Assembly (NCBI RefSeq): GCF_964204645.1
Contig: NC_134027.1
Coordinates: 4,930,485 to 4,994,484, forward strand
DNA from: Tubulanus polymorphus
Taxonomy: Eukaryota > Animalia > Nemertea
Reading direction: 5' to 3'
Length of the DNA: 64,000 bases
In this document: positions 39,004 through 52,668 of the stretch, piece by piece
Layout of the letters: every line of letters begins with the position of its first letter
Numbering within the stretch: the stretch's first letter is position 1
The notes under the pieces: model-generated
Databases searched by the model: none
The model's input: the letters and a program-made list of their open reading frames with translations, nothing else
What the model was told of the DNA's origin: nothing
Translations under genes and position numbers: made by a program

Positions 39004-39480
39004 GATACGCGTTCGTCCGCCATTAGCATGCGATTGAGGTTGAAGGGTAATTTACATCATTTAAACACTTCACACGGGACGTTAGGCTATCAGTACTGTC
39101 ACATACGTAGTACACAATCCGTATATTTCAATAGATTTTCGTTGTTTCAAACGAAACATTTGCCATCCAAACCTTGGATCCATTTTACTAACTCTATGGG
39201 AAGGGAAAAATACAAACCAGCACTTAACAGGCTGGAATTTCACACGTAATAACGTCGATTTTGATCGGTGGTAGAATAGCCAAACTCTGGCGTGGAGAAC
39301 AGATAGTAAGATGAAATCCCACTATATACAGATTTAAAAGTTTTAGTATCAAAATGTATTCAATCAACAAATTAAAATGACATGACATTTTTGTTTCCAC
39401 ACCTGACGATGAGCTTTAGTGAGAGTTCGAAACGTCGCGTCATTCTAATGTTTTGATCGAATACATTCTTGAACTCATAA

Positions 39481-39536
39481 GGCCCCGCACACGAGCCGAA
39501 AACTGCGTACGCAAAATTCGCTCGTGTGCGGGGGCC
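39481..39536. mobile_element. 56-bp hairpin, minimal PIF/Harbinger-like MITE
   Basis: ggccccgcacacgagc ... gctcgtgtgcgggggcc is a near-perfect inverted repeat, flanked by TAA on the left and TTTA on the right. Confidence 0.6.
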
Positions 39537-40267
39537 TTTAAATCTTTTATCTTTAATTTGATCGGTGGTCTTTTTCATCAATTAGCAATATGTGTATACC
39601 GCAATATTCACGGATGATTCAAATGCCCGGGAGCTTCGTTGCTTGTTTCTGCATATTAATTAATTCAGTAGTGTTTCGGAAATCAGTCCGTTTTAACCCA
39701 AACCGCTATGTACAACCACGCCATCGGGACAATATTCCCATCACCAGGGAAACATACGTCACGCGCCAAGCAGAAGACATGAGAAAGCGCCCAAGCCACG
39801 ACGACAATCGTTTAAATGAAATCGATGCAGAAATAAAACGATTACGATGAATTAACGTTTACGTAGAGATTTATTCTGATGCAAAGACTAATAATAAGTA
39901 AACCATAGTGCTTCTTGAATAACAAAACAAAATGTGTGGACGGAAATATATTGTCTGATTATTTTACATATATACGCGAAAATACATTTTACATTGAAGT
40001 AATAACTTTGCAGAAAAATGATGTTAAACGCTTATTTAAGAAAAACCCGTGAAATCATCTGTACAGTTTTACATTATATGATGATGGTGTTATTTGCTTG
40101 CTCGGATGCTACGTTAAACATCCACCATATTGTAACCATTTCGAACATTCAATCGAGACATTTTCGTTTGTTTCCTTCTCCCTTTATATGCACAAAATGT
40201 AATAAGGAAATATTCGAAAGACCCATCATAGATTTACATAAATAACTTGATCATAGTTTAACAGCAG

Positions 40268-43200
40268 TTATGTTTCCTCAGTCCATGAACCAACCATAAC
40301 CCATTGGTTATCGGGCTGTTTCCATACATACAACCCTTTTTGTGCCACTGTAAAAAATATCAGTTATCATGATTAGTGAAGATGCAAATTGCTATGGGCA
40401 AAACATCGCATGCAGTTCTCTTTCTTCCACAAAGATGAGCTTGTTATGCCTTTTAGGGAGATGATGAATTTATTGTATATTATGATACAACCTAATATTG
40501 CCTTGGGGGATTAAGCAACTGTTACAATAGAGTATTTCAAAGCACTGATCATCATCATAAAAGCCCCTTATGGTGCATATGAATATAGCGGACGAGCATC
40601 TCAAGTCTCACCTCCTATTTTAAACGAAGAATTTATATCCAGCCTGTAGCTTGCAAGCGAGGCATCGCCTGGTGTTTTCGTACCCCAATCTTCGAAAGGG
40701 ACGACGATGGCGTTTTTTAATTGGGATAAATCAGCAGATATTTGTCTATACTCATCATCTGAAATCGAAAACCAATTATCACCACCGTCATCACTGCGCA
40801 TTCGTGTTCGTCTGTTACGCGCCAATCCGAATAGTTGTGAAGTAACGTTGTCCAGGAAGTTGATGTTGCGTATATTGTCATCGACCGCTGTAAGCAAAAG
40901 AATAACAAGATATTCAATAATACATGATCGACACAATATAAGATAGACAAATTTCGTTCATGGATATATCACGAGAAACTTAACATTGCTTTTAAAAAGG
41001 AGCCTGTGATAGTAAATCAAGTGACTTAAAAATAACTCACCAGTCCAACTGACTCCGAAATCCGAAGTAAATGAGCATGAAACATACGTATTCCTGAAGA
41101 AACGTGAAAACAAGTTTAAAAGAAACCTTGCCACAATCATCAAATTAGAAGCTATATGTAATAGATTTCTCACAAAAATCGAAGAAGCTTACTCCACGTC
41201 GTTCACCATACAGACATAGATAGTACTGTCTCTTGGGTTGAAAAGGTATCCTCGTTCATAAGATGTGATATTCTCTGTTTGTGTATCGCTGCTTGAGCAA
41301 ACATCTAGAAGCATAGGTTTACAAACACTGCATTATCAAAACTAATATTACCTGTGTCATACCTATATGCTATTCACAAAAGTTGATAGGATAAAACTTT
41401 CTCACATACGAACGCTTTTATTTAATGAACGCGCGGATTGATTCTTACCTGATTGGGAAATGTCCGAGGTCAATGAACAGCCGAACAGCTCCATTCTTAG
41501 AGTGAATATTTTGAGGTTATCGCGATTAGACTTGGGTATGAGACGAATATATCTGGCTTCTATAGCTTTACTTTCCAAGAGTACATCGGCATATCTCTCT
41601 GCGTTAGTAGAATTATCGAAAGATACACTGAACACCTAAAAGTCATAGGTAAGTCATAGTCAAGACATTTCAATTACTTCATTCAGGTAAAAGAATCCAA
41701 GAAGTTTTTAACAATACCTTGGGTGTATCCGGTGTTGAGTCGTCAGCCAAAGGCCACCACAATATACCTTCATCGCTGTAGGATAGTGTGAAGGTTTTGA
41801 TGTAATTCGAATAGTCATTCGAATCTGGTTGGATACGTATCTTGGAAATGCGAGTTTTGTTACCGAAATAAATCTAAAATAAAAAGCACTGTCTAATTAA
41901 ACAGATTCATTATTCCGCGGTGCTATGATGTTATCTATTAGAAGGAATACCTGAATAAATTCGTCACCAAAGAAAGGCGGTGGTCTGGGCGCAGATTGCC
42001 AGCCGCCAGTATTCGCACCATATCTACCAAACCATGGTTTAGAGGAGCCTGCATTTGATGATGAGGTTATTTGGCAGTCATTTATTGTAAGGTCTTGCAT
42101 GCCAAGTGGGTCCGAACAGTCTAAATGTCAAAATGCACACTTTTAGATTATACGAAAGAGGTGTTAAGCTGAGATCTCCAGAAACCGCTTACAACACGTA
42201 TGGTGTAAGCAAAATCTAGGGTGTTTTCAAAACGATTAGACTTACCAGGCATAATGACCGTAAATGACACCGTTGAAATCGGAGTTCTATAAAAGGTAGT
42301 TCCTAATTTATATGTTGCTTCTATAGGTATCACACCGGTCAGATTTCCAGATTCCATTGGAATGGTTCTATTTGGATTTATGACTAGTGAAACATTGAAT
42401 GTACAGTTATTCGTGAAAAAGAAGGTACTTGCTGCGTACTGAAAAAAAACGAAAATGAGGGATTGTTAATCTGATTTAATCAAAAGGAGCTTTTTTTAGA
42501 AATGTACGAGTAAAAATGTTCTTACGCTTATTTCGACTCCAGCACGGTCAGGTAGAACTGTCATCTGTCGCTGACAATGATTTGAAGTGTCGTCTGACAG
42601 TACATCAGAGTGATACGGAATTCGTATGAATACCTTGGTTGATTCAGCATGGCGACTTGACAGTGCTGAGTGGTTGACACATCCAGATAGTTCAATTACA
42701 TCACTAAAATGCATTTTGTCATGTATTCATAATGTAAAACAATAAGCGTACTGAACTCGATCAAAAATATGAACATTTCTTGGTTTTATCATCCAGATAT
42801 ACTTCCAGAAATTACTGAGATGGTTATACATTTTGACCCCTCCTCGATAGATGATGCACGAGATCCCCTGATCTCTTATTAGCATCACTGACCTTCGCGG
42901 AGGTAAAGATAAAACACCTACCCGGAGTAATAAAGTTTATCATCATTGTTTATCACCCATAGATACACATCGAGTATGGGTATCTCCGCGCCTGTCCTCG
43001 ATATTATTAGAGACTGGCTACTTGTCGCAACGACATTGCTTCCATCTGTAAGTTTTACATCGAAGGGTACAGTAGCTTTGTCGACGTTCAAAGAATGGTC
43101 CGCAACCTGTACGTCAAAGTTGAACCACCAGATGTTGTTTAGTTCTTTTGGCGTTTCCCATTGGTAGCGATTATATATTCCTTGAAATTTAAGTCATTCC

Positions 43201-46200
43201 GATATATTCATATTATATCATATGTTATATCAATTATCTACCATCAAAGAAAGCATTAGGCATATAATGAAGACCGCCTCACCATATGGAATTGGATGGT
43301 TTTCTTGAACTAAATTCCTCAGCAAATGATTTTTTTCGTGGACGAATCGCACGTAAGAAGATGGTGAAGTTTCGGTTTAATGAGATTCACCTTACCTGTA
43401 TTTGTAATTACACCTGAACTGACAGATACGGCTTTCATCTGTGTCGATAAACCAACTGGTGTGAAATTAGGGGTTATTTCGTCTGTTCTGCGACATCGAT
43501 TGAGATTTTTTCCGTAGTTGATCATCGTCACGTTAGAAACTGTCAATCGAGCCAATTGACTATCCACCGGGAGGGTAACTTCAACACTGACGCTTGAAGT
43601 CATTTCAGGGAAAATTACTCGCACCATCCAGGTCGCCTTCTGGCCAATCCCAACGGGACTACCAGTGCAGATTGGTGTCACAGAAAATGTTGGGGCCATG
43701 TCACTCTGAGAATCAAAAGGAGCAAAATCAAGATCTCTCATTAATCCATAGATACGATCATGTATCCTTATGAATCAAGCATACTATATAAACGTAACAT
43801 ATATAGCGTTTTCTTATGGTATTTCCTTACCTCGTTAGGTAGATTTGGAGATGTTTTGCCGATGAATTCGGCTGTGCCAATAAACAACTCAGTATTTTCC
43901 ACCATAAGGGACATAGAAACCACGAAAGTAATTCCATCCGAGAAAGCAACGTCACTCGGTAATTCAATCACTGATTCAACCCTTATCTGAAACCACGATT
44001 GATTATTAGTCAAGTTACACCTCTTAAATCCACCTATTGAGAAAATGTACAGAAAGCGATGATTAGAAATCTAATCGTTTCTACCCTAAAACACGGAACC
44101 TATAAAAATCTGCCATATCTTCCTGCACTTCTCCGGAGCCTGCAGGGACTTGGGTCCAACGGGGTTCACGCCTTGAGAACTCTTTTTGGAGATGGAGCGT
44201 CCAGTTGAGATAGGGATTCGAGGGAGACAAGTATAGTCAGATGAAAATCTTACCAATCCAGTGACGAAAATTGCACCAGATTTTATACTTGCCTTATTTT
44301 TTGGTTCGTATTCGTCAAAAATGACGCTTTTATCCATGTTTGAAACATCACCAAGATTCAGACGACCCCTATTATATTTAGTACTTGAAGTTGGTTTAAA
44401 GTACGTTTTCGACGTAGTTGGATCGTAAACACACGGTAAATTCCAGCCAGCGGTCACAACGTTAACGCTGCATACATCCAGTTTGCCGCTGTCAGGTGCT
44501 ACGACGTCCACCTTCAGTGTAGCTATAGTTTTTGGAGGGACGAAAATTTCCATTACGATAACAGCACTTCCCCCCTCAGCTATGTATGTACTGGTTGTAT
44601 TCAAGTCTGACAAAGTAAAAAATCTTGTCTTCTGAGTTGTCTAAAATACAAATCGGCGAAAAGCATATCTAAAAATTGGCAACAATTGAAGATTTAATGA
44701 AAGGTGGAAAATCCTGAAGAATTCCTTTACCGAGGTGCCTACTTGACCGGTTTTGGCCGTTATTTCGTGGTTGGTAACAGTAGTCTCATTCCCCAGGCTG
44801 ACGACAGTTGCAAAATAATGTTTAGACATGTCTTGTACGGATTGCCCGGAACGAATCTGTGCTGCCACATCGATATCTATTTGATTATCGGTTGAGCTGT
44901 GACGCACCGCAAATGGATCGAGAACTAAAACAATCACATAATTCTGAAATCTCAAAATTCAATTTTCATACTCCGCTGTTGTACTTGAGTGGTAATCATT
45001 TTTACGTACCAATATTTGTAAGGTTGCCCATATCAAGTTCCCCAATGGCGATATGCGTGTCATTGGTTAAAGATTTGTAGATGGCTAGAGGATCAATGCA
45101 GATAAAGTTTTTACCACGTGTAGAGATGGCAATGCGGCAGATCTGTACGGTAACATTGCCAGTAACACCAGACACTTTAGTTGGTATCACACTACGTTCT
45201 GCAAAATCTAGCCTTGTGCGGTAGGCCACTACACCACCGATATTAGTAACACTATCCACGGTTGTTTTTGTGGACGAGAAATTCGGCTTCTTTTCGTCCT
45301 GCAAACAGAAATTCGACCATCATCTTTTCTTATCAACAAGCTTATTACCATGCCATATCATTAAATAGATTCTTATTTAGTCACGAGCTTTGAATTACCA
45401 CAACATATTACATTCTACAACTTGTTAAATTGGACACTTGCCGGTTTTTGGCCTTGTTGGTTAAGATCTTGCGTCATTCGGCTATGACCAATCCAAAGTC
45501 TGGAAGTCAAATATTTTACCCCAGCGGCCAAATAAAGGGGGCTTGTATTATTCTCTGTTGAGTTATTAGTTGAAACTGCTCTTGGTAAGCTGACTTCGAC
45601 AAGGAATCGTAGAGTGCTTTCTTCCCTTATCGAAAATATGTCCCATAATCCTAAAGCGGAACAAACTTTCCATAATGAAAATATAACAGATAAAACTTAA
45701 ACTGCATAGTCTGAAAAAACCTCTGCTTACCGATATTACTCACGAGTCCAAGTGCAATATTTGCACGATCGTATTCCGCATCGAAATTCGAGGACTTCAT
45801 TACAATATTGACGTCATCCGTCAGGATGTATCTCCCTTGATGGACAATGCTTACATTGCATATTGTCAATAAAGGTTTCAGGTCAACGTAAGGGGTAGCA
45901 AGTTCGATCTTTTCGATATTGTAGATGGTGACGGGAGGTATATAAATATCGAAGAAATAAGCGGCGCTGCCATTCACGGGTAAGGCATCGTCAGCCATTA
46001 GAGTCCTTAAATTGAATTTTGGCGACTGTAGAAAACAATTTAAAAAGTAGATTAGAGAGGTAAATAAGAAGGTTTGAAGAATTCATCTCTTATTTGACGT
46101 AAATCTACATCTCTGTAAGCCTAACCGCGGTTAGTGGCTTATCCACGGTTAGGCTAACCAGCTAAGGGGCCGCACAAAATCGGATTTTCGCCTAACCACG

Positions 46201-49200
46201 GTTAGCGCTAACAGCATTTTCCTGCGCCCGCCCCTGTTTTGAAAAGGAATCTTTTACAAATATATTTTCAACGGACACTTCCAGGAATATGTGGTACCTT
46301 TAAAGTACGTATATGCGTCTGTATAAATCAAACATCTGTCTTGAAAAGCAATTCTTTACGTATTACCTTTATAGTATATGCGTCTCCCTCCTTCGCTGTT
46401 ATTCTATTTTGACCGACCCAGATGTAATAACCACTATTGTAACGGACTCCGAAAGTTACCCAATGTTGACTGTCGCTCGACACCAAAGAATGATTTAAAA
46501 GTTTAGCTACAAATTCAATCTGTATGGTATTATCATCTGGTCCAGATTTGCGGTTGACATTAGAAACGAGTCCTAAATCCCACTTAAGATAATCGACATT
46601 CACACTGCCATCCTAAACACAAAATCAGCGTTCATTATTAGTTAGGAAAGTTATTGAACCAGAGTCTGACTGTTAGTAGACAAACCGAATTTACCTGAGT
46701 CACGTTGATTTTAGTACCGTTGCCCAAGCACGGATAGTTATGGCCTATATGACGATATTTAGCACTTATCAGTGACATAACTGCAGAGCCGTTAAACGGC
46801 ATGGCAACTTCTATCGTATATCTGTGGGTAGAACCAGCTGGCAGAGTTAGATTTAGGAGGAATGCCGTCCTACCTCCGATGGTTACGTTTTCGATCACAG
46901 TTTGGGCATCGATGACAGGCTGATTTGCCTATGAATGAAAATACAAGATCAGTAGATTCTGGTTGCGAAGTCGAAATTTCGAATTACTAACTTCTATTAA
47001 TTTAAACCTAATTTTCCTGCAGGAGATATTTACCAGGTTATCCCAGTTTTTCTCGACAGTCGTGAAAGTCTTGCGTGATGTGAAAATCAATGTGTTGTCA
47101 ATTAGAACCCCAACACCGACTTTGTAGTCACTATTATTGGAAACAGATGAACTATTGTTCAGCGTGTAGGCTGCCTCTATCACTATCGTATTTCCAGCAT
47201 CACTAGTGTCATTTGGATAACCTTATGTTAAATAAATTCGTTTATATCAATTCAGAAATATGAGGTTCGTGGAGTTAAATGATAGATTAAAATGAGTAAT
47301 TACCTGTATTCACAACAGTACCCAGGTTGATTTTAGAAACCATCTGATAACCAACTGAACTGTTGAATTCTTCTTTTGTGGTGTAAACTCCCTCAGAAGC
47401 CATGCAGCCATAATTCTGTCCTGCGAAAAACGACACAAAAATACTTCTGACAATGTAGTGGTTTTCTAAGTATATAGTATTATTGTTTTATTGCTGGATT
47501 TCACAGAACCGATACCGAACACCAAAAGCCACTTTCAAATCAAGTTGGAGATTGTGTTTGCAAATCAATCTAGCCAAACACTAAAGATTTTGAAATAATT
47601 CATTACCTAATGAGTCGACATGAACTTTGCACAATCTGATCACTTCGGTGTTATTTGATGGGGTGTAGAATTCTACGAGAACTGTATTATACAGATCGAA
47701 CAGTGTCAATTCCAATGTCCAAACGCCAGTCTCTCCAATACCCAACGAATCCGGACCGCTGAAGTTGTATTTCTTCGCAGTACTTGAAGGTTCCTGTATT
47801 CACAAAAATGCATTCACATATCTATATTATTCGGTGAGTAGTACAAGTAATTCTGATGGATTGATTGATTAAGGCTTATGTAGACTTACAGGATTATAGT
47901 CGGTGTAATTGAATTGGTACTGGGTGACCCATACTTTCTTCTGTTCATCGAAATTGGTTCCCGCACTCACCCAGTAAGTTGACGAATTTGTGGAAGTTGG
48001 TTTTAAAACCGTAACACTGAATTTCATTTTAATCGAACTGCTTGATATTTGTGCTGAATCCGTCCCAATGTTTTTCACGCTTGCTATGTGCATGATGGCA
48101 TCGTCGTACTAAATTGGTGGAGTAACGCACAGCTATTATCATATGGCAATCAGAGATACATATTTTTCAAAATCCCTTTGATTTCATTAAGATTATCATA
48201 GCAATTATTCGTTTTATTGATGAATTAAGTTAGCCCAAGATATACGTGATTGTATAATCATTATATGTAGATACGAATGTCATACGAGTGATGTAATTCT
48301 TTGACGAATAAAGATCAAACATCAAAATATCATATGTAAATGATCATTGTCTTTATTGGTGGTTCAAGTCAACTGAGACATCGGTGTCTATGAATTCACC
48401 AAAGAACAAGATCCAGTTTCTGGTCAATCAGTCTGTTATCAATCTTTACATACGCGTGTTTATAAATCTTATGAATTGTGCATCCCGCTATAATCACGTA
48501 TACCTAACTCGAGCTTTGAGTGAAGTTATCGAATGATACAACGGCAAAAGAAGTAATTATATAAATAGAACATTAGAATCATAAACCATCTAACCGTACC
48601 ACGGAGTCACCAAAAGAAGACGACATGACGAATCCAATACTGGTCATATTCGGGGATTCGAAATTTGATCCAATTGACGTCACTACCGGCTTGCAGAGAG
48701 AGAATATCCGTTCACTGTTCATTGATGGTGTGAATATGGCGACGGTCATAGCTGTTTCCATCACAGGCATAGCTATCGTCAATTCAAACGTCAACACGTC
48801 ACCGGTCTGTGCTGTAACCTTGTTTAAAGTATTGCCAGTTTTTGTTAACGAGAATTCCGGCGATGTTGGTATAACCTTTGGAATATATAAACATATATTT
48901 GATGTTATGTCAAATTTTATTTTCAATTCATCAGATAGTCAAACAAAATCGTTCATATTTCTACAATAAGAGACCACAAAATAGATACCACACGCAGCTT
49001 TCGGAAAAAGAACCTTGCAAAAACAGATGAATATTTTATGAATGGGAGTTCGACCTGTTTAGCTGAAACCATTGGTTGCGAGAGGAAGATCGCGGCAACG
49101 TCTCCACCTCCCTCAACCCAACTAGCAGTACAAGCACGATAATGTTCTTGACGATGGTGGCTTCGTCTACTAGACAATATTTACCTTAAATTCAAACTCA

Positions 49201-51712
49201 ATAACTTGCGATTGTATGATAAATCGACTGAATATTATTAGAATAAATACGATATCGATGACAACAATGAATTATAGTAATAACCATGAGCATTTCATCA
49301 TTCGTAGCTGCAGTGGATAGTGATATAGAAATTACTTCGGAAGATTGTGCGTGATATTTTCACAAATGACGACAATACTTGATGCTGCAATGGGACTCAT
49401 TTCATATGTCTGCAAATATATATAATATATATAGTGAAGGCTCATAATATTAATGTATCGGTCGTTTGCATAATTCATTCATTGAAGGAGTTTTCTCGAG
49501 CATTCTAATGGAAATTGCTAACTGCAAAACAATTAGTGGCAATCCAGTTGTAATTTGACTACATGTTACATTTACGTATGGTATCTATTTCGATTGTTGT
49601 TTGCTACACATATTTATTCCAGAAACACGGTCCTCCTCCAGGTCAACGATACGCGAAAGTTTGTGCGGTAAAAATTTCCTGTTGGGAATTATTGCCTCAC
49701 TTGATATTTTTCAGATATTCATATTACTCCAATATCCGATATTGTGTGTTGTCAGTCATACATACATCGGTTGTAGCATTGTGTTTCGTATTCTATAGAT
49801 AGAAATGTAAAATAGGTACATATTTGAGATACACATACAACACATATATATATACGTACGTTTATTGACCGTTTTGATCGGTGATGCGGTATGTTTGCGT
49901 CATGTGCCAAATAATCTTGGAGCGAAGATTCATCGATTGATAGAAGTTTTCTTCCCACTGCTCTGTTTGCCATGCCATAACGGGATATTCGATCGAATTC
50001 GCCTTCAAATTTAACGATCACAGTTGCCAAATCAGTATCTTCGGAATCCAGTTTATTTCGGACCCCGATTTCTAAGAAGGCCGACTTGGTGTTGAAATCC
50101 CCCGGCAAATACTTCAAAACGCCAGTCGTTGCATTTATTTCAAAATTGGCGCCTTCGTTTCCTGAACGGATACTGAAATATGGTGCAGCACAGATGCATT
50201 CGTGTTTTTCTGTGTCACAAGTATTGCTATCAGAATCGACGACCATTAATCCGCTATACGTGTAATCATTCTTCTGATCAACAAGTATTGTATGCGTAGA
50301 TTTCTCAAATTTCGGTCGATGTTTATTTTCTATAAAAGCAAAAACGGAATCTCGTGGCACTATTTTATCATGTATTGTAATTGACATATTTTCTTAAAGT
50401 AATTAACCGACTTTTAAACCGCATTAATGATTGTAATTAGCACTTTTCCTAGCGGTTTCAGGACCAAGAAAGCTTACAAACCTGATATATTACAAGCGGT
50501 ACCGGACCAACATTGATCATCACAGACGCATGCCTTACCCTTACAAACTCCATGTTCACAAATCACAGATTCAGTTCTTAAGAAAAATAAATGAATTTCA
50601 TCAACTTTTGCTTATGTTTTATTTTTAGTAAGATGGAAAGTTTTTCAATCTCAGCAACATCAACAAGAAACAAACAAAATGTATTTTTTACATTGTGTAT
50701 ATATATAATATATATATATATACCTTATACACGGTTTCCAGCAAGTATCGCATAATGTGGTTTCATCAGGACATGTACAACCGATATTTGGACATTTTCC
50801 TTCATACTGGATTTCGCACGTCTCTGAACAAAGCACCACTAAAAATGCCACCATATGATACAATTGAAGAAAAACTTAAATACATTACATCATCTACTCC
50901 TATGTTTCATCATTTTCAAAAATTCATTTTCTATTTATCTGTAACATTTGCTATGAATTTTAGAAAACTATCGTCGTGTCACAATTCTATTTACAAAATT
51001 GATTCGTACGTGTCATCTGGATACGTAATGACAACATTCAGGATCCGTTCTAAATAGATACAAATCGCACTACGATCAAAATTAGTTGATCTTGAATTAT
51101 TTTGACCAGTTTGACTTGCAAGTTTAGCAATACTATAATTGGTCCTTTATTTTGAACAGTGAATATTCATTGAAAACAATAATATTGGAAGTGATCTGGG
51201 GTAAGCCTTCGAGTGTCAAACCGTCGCGGGAAGCCATACATGATTTATCATGAGTGTCCAGCCACGTTAACTGTAGCATATATATGAACATATATTGATA
51301 TTGCGCAAATGGAAGGATAAACTAATGAATAATATAGATATTATTTATTTAATCAACATGTCTCCTTCGACTCCCTTCAAAGAATGTTACTGAGACATAA
51401 ACAGCGCATTACGTTGAATAAGTTTCCTCTCTCTAAGGTTGATGATTATCTATAGCCCTCTTTTCCTATACCATTTGCGTGGAATTGACAACCAGAATTA
51501 TGGTTACCGCTGAACATTTAACGTCGTTATCAATCGATTTGATCTCTTCGAGTCTTAAGCTTTTTTCGAAAAATTTCAGTTTTTCTTGTTTCATATTTCT
51601 ATCGCTGGAAGTTTCAGAAATGACAACGAGTATTCAACTTACCGCAGTTGTGCACGAAAAGCAATGCACATAATCCTAGTACTATCGTTTTAAAGGTCTT
51701 TCCAAAATTCAT
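40268..51712 (-). CDS. Large secreted glycoprotein paralog B (same architecture as A plus an extra N-terminal Cys-rich exon): signal peptide, Cys-rich/EGF, cadherin-like domain, furin site RSKR, 7 repeats, beta-sandwich, F5/8C, Asp-box region
   Basis: Exon 51643-51712 gives MNFGKTFKTIVLGLCALLFVHNC. Then CEIQYEGKCPNIGCTC.. and CEHGVCKGKACVCDDQCWSGTAC; cadherin NKHRPKF..FSIRSGNEGANFEINATTGVL; RSKR at 49869-49880; repeats with LC..G.N.PC and W..GQ motifs; discoidin CSDPLGMQDLTINDCQI..ARYIRL..LRMELFGC; TSDFGVSW and SDDGGDNW; ends WTEET-stop. Confidence 0.85.
46117..46236. repeat. Intronic palindromic repeat fragment
   Basis: Repeated self-complementary ctaacc(g/a)cggttag units, ending in gcccctg like the end of the 1371-1598 element. 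Confidence 0.5.
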
Positions 51713-52668
51713 GATTTCGCGATTCGCGTCTTACCCGGACGAATTTCAAACATATACCATTACACTGCGATTAGGCTTACTAGGCATCCTGCGTTCAATT
51801 CCACAATTGACTATTAAGTTTTCATACCTGCACCTTTCAAAACCAATACAACCACAACGTCCGGGGTGGATATGCTCTGCGTATCCATGGAAACTCCCGA
51901 TCTATAGGATGTTGCAGATCCATTTAGGTTTAACGGTTCCTGCGAGAGCTACGTAAGGGTTAGAAATGTATTAGTAATTGACTGATTTCTATTGTCTTTG
52001 ATTGATTTCTAGGGCTACATAATTTAAAACCTAATAGATTTGGTCATGGTATGCTATATGTGTTTTAAACATCCTCGCAACTTGTCCATACCACAATCCT
52101 AGGCGTATCGTGCGAAGCTGGGTGTATAGAAACTCATCATGGAAATTCATCCCCGGTTAGAATTCGCATGTGTCTCATCTGTGAGAATTGAGTAGAAGAG
52201 ATGTGACGTCCTGAAGACATATTCAGTATAAATAGAAGTAGAAAAGTAGTAGAAATCGGCTTATTCAATTATCTTGTATTTTTATCTTTAATAAGCCATT
52301 TCGCAATTAGCCTTTTTTAACCTGAAGATAGAATTTTTAGTTGCGCGGCAAGAAAAAAGAAGCAAGCTCATAGACATTCAAAGATTGACCGGGATGATCC
52401 AAATGTTTTTAAGATATATATATTTAATTAATTCAATATACGGATAGATGATTAATCATGCAAATGACGTAGAAAACGATTTTACATGATTATCTCAGTG
52501 ATAGATAAAGCAGCGTGGCTGAGCGTTCTTCAAATAATTCGATTGTATTAGAAGACAATAAGACGATAAGACGATAACAACCTCGAAATACTCAGAGGCG
52601 AAATAAAAGAAACACGTCAAACCATAGCAGCGAATTTCAGTTATTTATTACTCATAAGTTTCAATTTT

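Noticed and set aside
26983-51712. Calling the paralogs cadherins, neuropilins, lactadherin or sialidase/sortilin
   Set aside because: Each has only one cadherin-like and one discoidin domain, no transmembrane or CUB domains, and an Asp-box region too short for a full propeller.
51828-52210. Exon-like segments upstream of the paralog B signal-peptide exon
   Set aside because: They contain stops or do not join into a convincing N-terminus; at most 5'UTR exons.
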